The translations under genes and the position numbers were made by a program. Source: Flectonema sp. DT1601 (taxonomy: Eukaryota). From it: 64,000 nt of DNA. How positions within the stretch are numbered: position 1 is the first letter of the stretch; each line of letters opens with the position of its first letter. A model generated the notes under the pieces. The model made no database searches. It was given only the letters and a program-made list of their open reading frames with translations, and had not been told where the DNA came from. The stretch lies in NCBI GenBank assembly GCA_964019425.1, contig OZ025793.1, positions 558,001 through 622,000 of the forward strand. The letters are read 5' to 3'. Shown here piece by piece: positions 45,501 to 56,550 of the stretch.

Positions 45501-48500
45501 GATTATGTAAGAATATCAGGTCAACCGTCGAGTTCTTCTGCTTCTATCTTATCATCGTATTCAAGTCTTTCTGATCAAAGTTGTGTTGAGTATTGCAGTG
45601 AACTTTCTGATTGTGTTGCTGCCTCTCATCGTAGTCAAACTCAGCAATGTTTTCTGTGGAGTACTTTAGGTAGTGTTGGGTATGATAATACTCATACTCG
45701 AGGTGAGTTTACATTCATAAAAAGATTAACAACAGAAGCAGACGTATTAAAACATAATCTACTTTCACAAGCTGAAGGAGAGAATGGTGGTGGAATTGAA
45801 CGGATCGCTGGTTTAATTGGACCACTTTCTGCTTTACGTTTTAAAGAAGGCAGGAGCGGAATTATTTCATCCGTGAGTATAGAAACTCTTCCAAACTCTG
45901 GATTTCACTGGACGTTATCTTCTTGGATTCGGATGGTAGGCAGCAGTGGAAGATCATTTTTCAGCTTCGTTGGAACAGCTAATTTCACTGTCGGGGTGAC
46001 ATCACGAGGATCTCTGATAATAACAACGCCATCTGTCGAATGGTTTACAAATATCACAATCACTCCTCAAGATGGATGGTTCTTCTTACAAATATCATAC
46101 GACGGTACTACACTATTCACTCACCGTGATTGCATTGAGTACAAGTCAATTAAAACAACTCTTGACTTATCAACAAACATGGTTTTATTAGGTACTGATG
46201 ATATAAATACTAATGAAGGTGAATTTCTTATTAGTTCGTTGACACATTTACCGTATTCTGATCGTTACTGTCCTTCTGAAACAGTTTCCAGACCAAGTGT
46301 AATTCCTGGTGTTACTCTGCCGTCCTCTTCAAGTCAATATAATACATTAGTATCGTTGGCGTCTTCTGTTACATACCAGTCGGGTGAATATGATGTTTTC
46401 TATCCTTCAGGAAAGGAATTCACGCCATTTGGTACTGCTCCTTTTATGTTTAGGTTTACAGTTAGGTTTATTTCAGGTGTGTTAGTTGTTATTCTTGTGT
46501 GTGTGTTGTGTGTTTTAAAGTCAAAACATTACTAGTTAAAATAACAAAACAAAAAACAGGGAAGATGAGTGGTCGTGCGCACTTCAGTTTTGGAGGAACA
46601 ACACCGACTCTAGGATTGTATGTATCCAGTACGAGTTACCAGCTACGATATGGTATTACAAATAGGAATATTGGAACAGCTAGCTATACTGGTCATTGGA
46701 CTCAATTTATTTTTCGTTATGATGGAAAAACATTAGATATCGCGATGACCATTCTACATGAAACAACAAAAACAACCACCACACGTTATCGACAAGTAGT
46801 TGAATTAGATATGACCAGTCCTTTCTATTTAGGTTCATTAGCAGGGTCTGCAACAACAGGAGCTTGGGAATACAAAGATGTGATACTAAGTTCTGATGTC
46901 ACTGATGGTGATATTGCTATGGATGAACCAGCGACTGGAACTGCAACAACAGCGATTGCTCGTTGGCAATTTAATGGAAACATCAGAGATTCAATCTCTG
47001 GTATCACTTGGAGTGATACTATTACTAATATTATGTATTCTAATCATGGTTGTATAGAGGGTTCTCAATGTCTTGTACTGCAGCCTCCTACAGATATCTC
47101 AACGACAACAATTCTAACAACCAGTTCGATTCCGTATCAGACGCTATCCTCACGAAGTGATTCTGCATTTTGGTATCTCGGGTTTTGGTTTAAAGTTGTT
47201 GGATATTCTGGTTCATCAACTACCTCACGGATACTAACTGTGGGAGGTGATGAAATCGTGTTGTACCTAAAAGACAGTTCGCTATCGCTGTCATGCGACA
47301 ACTCCGCTCAGACGACATCTTCGTCTGTCACTGTGACTGATACTGACTGGCATTTGATAACTGTTTTTAAATCACGGCTATCAATTGTGTTGGCGGTCGA
47401 TGGTGACGGCAGCTCTGGGATATCTGTTTCCTCATCGTATTCGTTTGATACTCAAAATATCACATTAGGTTCAGTTCCGTGGCTTTCAGGGGATGAACAG
47501 ATATCTCACACCATTCTAATTGATGATATGATGATATTCCCTAACTTTGTACCAGATTCTGAATGGAGAAAAACAGCAACTCCTGGTCACATCAAACCAA
47601 ACAAATGGCGACACTGCAGTCCAGAAAACAGCTACTGTAGTTGTGATAACACTATTCGATTTGGACATGGCAGCAGTTGGGTTTATGGAAATCTACTAAC
47701 AACTGGAGTTGGATCAGTCTTATGCACAGAGAAGTCAATTGCGTCATTAAGTGGAGGGGCTGGATATTTTAGTTACGAAAAGACTCAATACTACAGATGT
47801 ACATTACCAGTGTTCACTACTACTGTTAATAATGTAACTGATATTACATATAACAGTATGAAGTCTTGTCTGGAACAGTGTAGTTCAACTGCAAGTTGCT
47901 CTATGTGTGTAGCCTTGTGTGGCTCATACCCGACAGACCCCTGGGTAGCCACAGGATTCGCAATGCTGAAGCGATGTGACACCTACGTGACGACTGATAG
48001 CTGTGGTGGAGTTTTCATTAAGCAATATCCTCCAGCTGTAGTTGCTTCTTATGCTTCTGGTACCTGTCAGTGTCTTGCAGAAGAGTTTCATGTTAGTGAA
48101 AACATTAACATCCTGGCTGATGATAATACAGTCACTGAGACCCCAAACACGAATCCAATCTGGAAACACTGTTCTAATTCTGGTGAGTTTTGTACCTGTC
48201 TAAATGGATCGTCTCGGATGGAAAGTATCTCACCTGAAGGAGAGGTCGTGTTTTCATACCCCTCAGAAAGTCTATCGAATACCTATGCCTGTGGGAATCT
48301 CCTATTTCAGGGATCGATAGCACGCTCTTCTGCAGCGGAGCGATGCAGCTGCAGTGGAGATGTTCACTTTCGCCGTAATTGGGAAATGCTAGAGGGGGTT
48401 TTGTGTAGTGCTTCATACACAGTCGTCAGACATGTTACTGTTAACGAGTGTAAGGCAAAATGTTTAGCATCACAGTGTCGTAGTGTGTCATACCACACAG

Positions 48501-51500
48501 ACGGTGAGACATCACTCTGTAGGGTACACTCATTCAATCAGGGTGGTGAGTCTTGTTCACCAGTTTCTTCAAACAGTTCTTATAGTAATACAACTTATCA
48601 TAGTTGGAATCCAATTGTTGATAATTTAAGAAGTTTATCAAAACCAATCATCTGGTTGCCAACTCAGAGATGTCGATCTCCACATGTCGTCAACCTCCAA
48701 ACTAAAACATTAGAAGCCTGTCAAGAATACTGTTACAACGTTGAATGGGGATGTTCATACGTCACTTATGATATTTATAGTAAGATTTGCTACCTTCATG
48801 AACACTGCAGTGAACTACAACAGTTTGATGTGTCTGATGATAATATTATTAGTCATTCTCTGGTATCAGTCGCTGACAACGAACAGGTTGGAACTACTGT
48901 GGGAGTTCACATAAAACAAATCTCCAGTGTCTTGGAATATAAGGAGATGACGGAAATTGCAAGAGCAACTCTCACCATGAATAATAAAAAAATAACAATT
49001 TGTAAAATTAGTATTTCATCTGACTATGTAGTTTCGGTAAATGGTAATGCGACTTCTATTTCTACATCGCTACACTCTCCTACACTAATTCGAGTTTCTT
49101 ATGTGATGGGTAAACTGATAGTCTACGATAGCAGTTCAAGAGACACAGTCATCTACAGTCAGTTCCTTCCAATTGATGACATCTCCTTTGTAAGGAACCA
49201 TTTATTTCAAGTCAGTGCCGTAGATGGTGTCGGGGATTCATTTAGTGTTTTGATAATAAACCTGACCAGTGATAAGAATTATGCGACTGTCGGTGAATTT
49301 TATAATTCACGCCGATGGGATTTCGAAAAATCTACAAAAGACCACCGAATACTCACTTCAGGTATAAGCTATGTTAGAACAGCTATTCAAGGGTTACTAG
49401 CAGCTCAGGTATCTGGTATTGGAATCAGTGAACAACAAACAGGAATGGAACTCGATACCTTCAGCAACGGCTTCGCTACAGACAGCACTTTAACATACGG
49501 GGGGTGGGTGTTGGCTGATTCTGGTCGATTAGATATCTCATTATTTTCATTAAAGTGTTATTCAAATCGAAAAATTGGAATCTACGTAACAACTGAGGGA
49601 TATTTACAACTCGACACTACCATTTCCACGCATGCGATGCCATCAAATGTTTGGACTTTAATCACTTCTCAAAGGAATGGAACGCACTCTATTCTATTCC
49701 TTAACGGTGTAGCAATCTTAGAGAGAAATATCGCTGCGGAAAAGGCTTACATGTGTTTTACGATAAATGCGATGGAAGTCCCTCAAGGAGGTGGTACTTT
49801 CTTAGTAGACGACATCAGACTTTATATGGATCAAATAAATTCTGTTATTTGGGTTCCACAAGTCAGTAGTGGCTATACGTTGGTTGCTAAGTATCTACTT
49901 CAAGATGACCTACTGGAATCCACTGGTAAGAATATGTTTTCTTCAATAGAAACTGTTCCTGCTTCTGGACCTGTTGACTACGTTGAAGAAGAAGGTCATT
50001 GGGGAGTTAGGGTAGGTAATTTAATTAGTTTTTTATCATCTGACTTCAGCACTATTAGAATACCTGAATCTTATCATTCAATAATTGGATTGTCATTTGG
50101 TGTTTGGTATAAGTGTTCCTCATCATGTCAATCAGCTGATCTCACTGTTTTAGGACTCATAAACTCTGAATCACAAATCCTTATCGGAATTGACATCCTG
50201 TTCGATTCCGACATTCAAAAACATTTTGTATCTCTTCGTGTTGATGGTGATTATAAAAATAATTTAAATATCACAAATAGATTGCCGAACTCTTTTAAAG
50301 GATTCAATAAAAACGAAGGTCTTGTCACAATAGAAAGATGGAATCTGCTGTCTTTATCGATTGTTAGAAATACCATCACTGTGGTATCTAATGGTGAACA
50401 GGTGCTTCGATTCCCTATACCAGAAACTTTTTACGAGAATGCTTTGGCAAACTCAACAGCGATAATGATCGGCAATATTCATTCCAATGCAGCTAATAGT
50501 CCGAGATTCTTATTTCGGGATTTACAGTTCCATTTAGGAGATTATTCAGACTCAGTATGGCATGACACAGTTCAAAGCTCTTTACTCATACCAGTAGTGA
50601 TTAGAACTACAGCAACTAATGGTGCAAACGGTCGAAACAATGACAAGCTTACAGCAACACCAACAACAAAAAGTGGTTACTGCACTAGTGTTAATTGGGG
50701 ACCTGTAGATCTTGCTTCCAAACAGTACTCAGCTTTCTTTATGTGTCATGGTACTACTAATATAGAAGTTACTTCTGTGATGCTTTCAAAGAGTGATAAC
50801 AGCAACCCAACAGATATCTTCGAGTTAAAAGTCAATGGATTGCAATTTCAGTTTGTTGACATCACTTCTGGTCGTCATCGACATGGTCCAGTGAGTTTCG
50901 GTTTAGATGCTTCTTCCTGGCTTTACTTATCACCTGTTGATGATCGAAAGTGTTCAGGTCGCGAAGTTGAAATAGTCGCAGATGATGTTTTGGATCAAAA
51001 GGGTTCGTTGTATTCTCAAAATTTTGATTTTTATGAAAATGAAATGATCGCTAACAACCTAAACATTACTCAACCTGATTGGGATGTTTCTATCGATAAT
51101 GACATTGCAAGACTCGGTAAGGGATCTCTGAGAGTTGGAACAGGCGTAGGCGGTTCTATTGTTTTATACTCTAACTTAGCCCGACCAGAATTTCCACGAA
51201 AAGCATCATTCTGGCTTCGACTATCAGCCCCTGGAGGGGTATCACCAAACACAGAGTCCGCGATGATAGTTTTATCTGCGGTCAATTGCAGTGCTACTAT
51301 TTCTGTTTCTGTAAGAGCATCTTCATCTGGTATGCTCTTTATTAAGATATCAGGTAATTCTTGTTCTAATTATGTAACGACTTTTGCGACTACTTCAGTT
51401 AGTATTGATACCTGGTTTAAAGTTGAATTAATATTCCCAACGATAGCAGCAGAGCATCACTACGGAATTATATCTTCATATCTACTCATCTATATTGATG

Positions 51501-54500
51501 GATTGTTAGCAGGAAAGCATCCTCTTCATAGCTTACATCAATTACGTGAGATTTACATTACTCCGGAAGGCTCTGAATCACCGAGTTTGTTCGTTGATGA
51601 ATTCCGTTTTTGTTCAACGGATTGCTATGATCTAAACGTTCAGTCGACAGTTGCTTTTTTATTTAAATGTATTAAGCAGTTGAATCCATTGTTTACGATT
51701 AGCTGTGATGATCAAATCGTATTACACGTGTTGCATGATCGATGTGTCAGTAGCCTTAACAAAGTTACATCACATCAAGGATGTGTTTCAAATTCATTCT
51801 ATTCTCAGATAGGTAATCCGTCAGTTTTAAAGTTTATTTCATTCTCTGAATCTATTCCGTTTTGTAATATACGATTCGAGTCATTAATGATGAGGTTAAA
51901 GCTTCCGAAACCTGCTACCACTATTGCTATCAATGGAGCGCGATCAACTTTTCTTTATTCACCAAAATGGATATCAACCTCATTGTGTTCTAATAACGGC
52001 TACCTACACAAATATAACAACCAATTCCAATGTGAATGCTCTACTGGATGGGTAGGACACTACTGTGAAAGGAATATCAATTTATTAAAAGGAATATCAA
52101 TACAACATAAACTTCTGATTAACGAATCTCAAATATCACAGACTAAGCTAAGACTGTGCTCCTATAGTACTCCAGAAGGCTATTTGTGTGGTGGTGACAA
52201 TATTATATTATGGGACAATGCCACTACCGTGTTGACGACAATGAGTGAACCTGATAATTGTTATTCTCTGTGTATGAATTATAGTTCATGTACTGGATTT
52301 GAAATTACTCATACTGGTGGTTCTTGTGTGTTTCAAACTGGTTTTCTTCATCCAAAAGATGTTCGTTTTATGTATTCAACGGCGCAGTGTTTTAGAATGG
52401 ATACGGTATTTAGCTGTAAGCAACTTGGGAGTCTTTCTGAAATTTATTCACCTGTTGTTGTTTATAAAGGTATCATGAGTGACGTTATTTGTAGTAGATT
52501 ATGTACAGGTTCTTGTTTAATATTTTCCTATTCATTGACACATCGATTGTGTTTGACCACTTCAGATGACACTGCAGAGCTCGTTAGAGAAACCACCAGC
52601 ACAACAACAGTTTTATATAATTCAATAAAAAATATTGTTTCCAATGGATTTGATGAACCGACTAAGGTATTCGTTGGAGCTGATTGTGGCTATAGCAACT
52701 ATTGTTTTAATAAAAAACAAATGACACAACCACATCCTCTAATCGACCCTGCGGTTGCAACCTATTCATGGTGGGTTCGAGTTAGCGACACGGATGATTA
52801 TATATTTCAAATCCGACCACGAATTGCGTCGTTCTCAGGTGACGAACATCCAACATGTTCATGGAAGCAGTCTACCTGGCATCATAATGCTGTCATACCT
52901 GTTAATGAAGACTCGTATGTGTTGGGAATCAGTTATACTATAGAACACTGTCAGCTACTGTGTGATAAGTTAGGTAATGGTATTGATTACAACACAAATA
53001 GATATCAGTATCAACAATACAGAAGTTCAACTCCGCAATATCATCGAAAACGAAGTTGTAAATCAATTTCTCTTACAGCTAAGAATACTTGTATTGGTTC
53101 AAGGAAGAGGTATCCCCGTAGATCACCTCAGTTTGGATCGATTACAGTCCTAACAGATTTCAGTGAAAGTGAAAATTGTACTGACACTCCAACTCTAAAA
53201 AAACAGTGTCAATGGCTTACCTCAGACCAAACTAGTCTATTACTACCTCAAATAGTAAAGTATTCACACTCAATCACTCATTGTGAATTACTATGCACAT
53301 CAAGCACTAAATGTGTTGCTTTTAGTTTCACTGATATGACAGAGGGAGGGTATTGTAAGATTGGAGGATATGATTTCAGAACAACAAATAGTGAAAACAG
53401 TACTTTATTTCAAGCTGTGAATTGCACCACATTTGATAATGACGTCTCTGAACATGTTGACGAGTTTGTGAGAATTACATCAAAAGGTGATTTGATTATA
53501 TCTGCTTCACAAATGATGAGTAGTAAGAGATTGTTCGACTCTGATATATTAGACGACTCGCGATGGCATCATTTGGTGTTGGTAACTCGTGGTACTCACA
53601 TCTTGTTTTATGTTGATGGTCAACCAACTTCAAATCAACTTCTATCCCATGGATTTAATCACATCTGTATACCACCCAATTGCATTATTACTACAGGAGG
53701 AGATCATCAAACAGTAACAGACTTCTCTCTGTACGATTATCCATTATCTTATTATGTAATTCGTAATCTACTTTATGAGAGACATTATGTGCTTCAGTTA
53801 ATTACTGAGAACAGTCAGTTACCGATTGTCAAGATTCCTGTTTCTGGATTGTTAATTGATTCAATAGTGATTGAAGACTCAATGCTTAATATTGTCACTC
53901 TATTAGAGCCTAAGAAACTCGAACATCAAATACTAAAAATTGAATGCGGTACTGATGAATCTCTGAGTTCGTTTGCGGTATACGTCTCCGGATTTGGTTC
54001 AAATCCGGTGAAAAAAATACTTCAAAACATTGTAACTGACACAACTCAATGTTCTTCTACAGTTGAATTTAACAAAATCATAAAAGGAGATTATTGTATT
54101 GAGTCACTGCCTACATTCTTAATCAGAGAGGGTTATGTGTATGTAGACAATTGCTATCCTAGAGGTAATACTTCAGTTGAGGAAATAACTTATAGACCAC
54201 CCCCTTACTGGGGATCGATATCAATTGTTGAGAAGGTCTGTTCACTTACTGCTCATTGTAATGGCAATGCTGAGTCCTTTAGAAGTTATACTGATTGTGA
54301 ATGTATTTGCAAAAACGGATTTTCAGGATTTTCTTGTGAAGAATGTGATGACAGTACTCTCTCATATCCACACTGTGATTCCACTGTAACGTTTGTCAAT
54401 AATGTTGAGATTGTTCCTGGTCGATTGTTATATTTAACAAGAAGTGACTACCAACATATAACAGTAAAAGGTCTCACAACAGGCATTACTCACATCGGAA

Positions 54501-54883
54501 TAGGAACAACTGATTGTAATGTTAAGTATTGGTCAGAATTAACAAAGACAAATAGAGTCGTAACCAGAATGGATTATTCAGGGATGTCATTGTGTGGAAT
54601 GAGATCTGATTATTCATATTTTAAAATATCAAACATAAAGACTATACCGTGTCTTAACGGGATACCAACTGATGGTATTTGTCTTTGTCATTCCAGCATT
54701 TCATCTGGATTCTGGTCAGGAGCGATGTGCTCTTACTGTGCAACGGGATACATGGGTAGTAAATGTACAAGAAAGTACACCTGTGTTGAAGCACAGTTTT
54801 TCACTCCGTATGATCTTAGCTGCGACAGATTCGATGCTGAGATGGATACTTACAGCAATCCTACCTGTGAAATGTTTCAATAA
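39510..54883 (+). CDS. Giant secreted protein (~4985 aa): signal peptide, Cys-rich head, ~1450-aa Ser/Thr repeat stalk, multiple LamG/ConA-like, PAN/apple and EGF-like modules; exons 39510-40131, 40384-42525, 42607-46476, 46560-54883
   Basis: Three phase-1 introns (40132-40383 GTTTGT, 42526-42606 GTATGT, 46477-46559 GTGTGT; all ..AAACAG) fuse four ORFs in frame. Motifs: WTVSLWVK/KWTQLTLTY/WHHLVLV (LamG-like), CVEYCSELSDCVAAS..CFL (PAN), CECSTGWVGHYCE (EGF). Confidence 0.85.
40681..40860 (+). repeat. 60-bp coding tandem repeat x3 (SESDTGTDSRTKSITFSRSL)
   Basis: Two near-identical units and one diverged unit. Confidence 0.9.
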
Positions 54884-55185
54884 TTTAAGGGAAAAACAAA
54901 AATAGATTATGTTAAGGCAAATTTCGGTTTTTTTTTATTATTATTATATTTACACGACGGTTGGGTTTTTTTTGTTTTGTCTGACTGACGATCAAAAATA
55001 CTTACACTCTCTCACGGCTTATTTATTTATTATTTTCGATATGTTTTGTGTTACGGAGACTACTCCCTTTGCAGGGTTGCTCTGATACTTATGATTTAGT
55101 GTAACTTAATTCAACTTAATTTTCAAGTACAGAATACCAGAAATATAATTATGTGGTGACGGTAAGCTGAATCTTGATCACAACA

Positions 55186-56187
55186 ATGGGCTTAACTGAT
55201 GTAAAATCATGCAGACCAACAGGCATACCGAAATCAGCCTTTTCTGATAGTTTTCCAATGCATCCGTTTTCAGCATACGCGTCAGTTGTTTGTCACAAAA
55301 ACACAGATCCCCAACGAGCACCATGGGCCACTAATATGATTGCCGGAACTGGATTGTCACACACACATGCGGAGTATAATGCTCAGGCTAATGAAGACTT
55401 TCGTCACTATTTGAAAAAAGCATACCGCAAGTTAGGTATAAAAAGTAACCTATCTGAGTGTACCGACAGATCACATGATTCAGATCCTGATATTCCTGAC
55501 TACACAAAGAAACGACACCTAGCATTAAAACTTCAAAAGAAACCAAAACTGGATAGACCGTCAACACCAATACCAAGTAAGGAATCTTTAATACCTGAAG
55601 GACGTATTGGAAGACGAAAGGGAGCTGCTTCAGATCATCATAAATCAACAATCTTAATAAGTGATGGTACGAATGACGTCATTAAACCTGTTGTTCGTAT
55701 TGTTCCAGTTTTACCTGCTGAGGAACTTACGCCTCGTAAAACACCCAGACCTGTGTCATTTCCAATGCCTGTGAGGGATACAAGTGTTGTATGTTCTTTC
55801 TTTATGAACATCTATTATGAGGAGTTGTGTACTTCTGTTTGGTTAGTCAATAAAATAATAACACAGAATTCATACTGGCCTCGCAAAGTCGCCGAACTGA
55901 AAAGAGATAGAAAAGGGAGACAGCGATTCCGACCTCCGCGAACGTCATTGTGCGCGACGTGGTCTGAAGAAAAGTCAGCAACGAAAAGGAAAACTGGAAA
56001 AGCGTTTCTTGGAACTGACACTCGCAGTATGGTTGACGTTCAAGGGTTTGACGCAATAGTTCCAAAACCACTTAGACGAGGATGGTCAAGAGAAAGTATC
56101 AACATGGTTGTGAAAGCAACAGAACGACAACTAATGAGATCCAACAAATTACGAGAGAAGAGCCTCCTCACTAACTCAGTTCATTAA
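55186..56187 (+). CDS. Hypothetical basic protein with a probable in-frame intron at 55789-55866
   Basis: First ATG at 55186; the 78-nt GTATGT..AATAATAACACAG segment matches the window's intron pattern. Confidence 0.65.
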   Translation: MGLTDVKSCRPTGIPKSAFSDSFPMHPFSAYASVVCHKNTDPQRAPWATNMIAGTGLSHTHAEYNAQANEDFRHYLKKAYRKLGIKSNLSECTDRSHDSDPDIPDYTKKRHLALKLQKKPKLDRPSTPIPSKESLIPEGRIGRRKGAASDHHKSTILISDGTNDVIKPVVRIVPVLPAEELTPRKTPRPVSFPMPVRDTSVVCSFFMNIYYEELCTSVWLVNKIITQNSYWPRKVAELKRDRKGRQRFRPPRTSLCATWSEEKSATKRKTGKAFLGTDTRSMVDVQGFDAIVPKPLRRGWSRESINMVVKATERQLMRSNKLREKSLLTNSVH

Positions 56188-56550
56188 CTACAAGAAGACT
56201 ATCCCTAGCTATAGATAACTTTAATAATTAATATCATCAGTAAAGCCACCGTAAGACAATCTTACCAGTGATCTGATGCTCTTACACTTAATTAAGATAT
56301 TTTATTTACTAAATTCAATTTGTTATTCGTTCACGACACCGATAGAACACACTTAACGATTTCATTAACATGTTGTTGAAGAAGTGTTTCAGTAGGAGAG
56401 AGAGACAGAGTTGGATGGAATGTTATTTTTTTTTATATATTTTTAGTTTACAGGTTAATCATTATGTTGTGAACCCTTTTCGTTTTTTTTTTTATGTTAT
56501 TTTCTTTGCCATCATTTCATTTCTTGTTAAAGGTCGGGGAGGGCAAAATA

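Noticed and set aside
24916..54883. Stop-codon reassignment or programmed frameshifts between adjacent ORFs
   Set aside because: Every break is explained by an in-phase GT-AG intron under the standard code.
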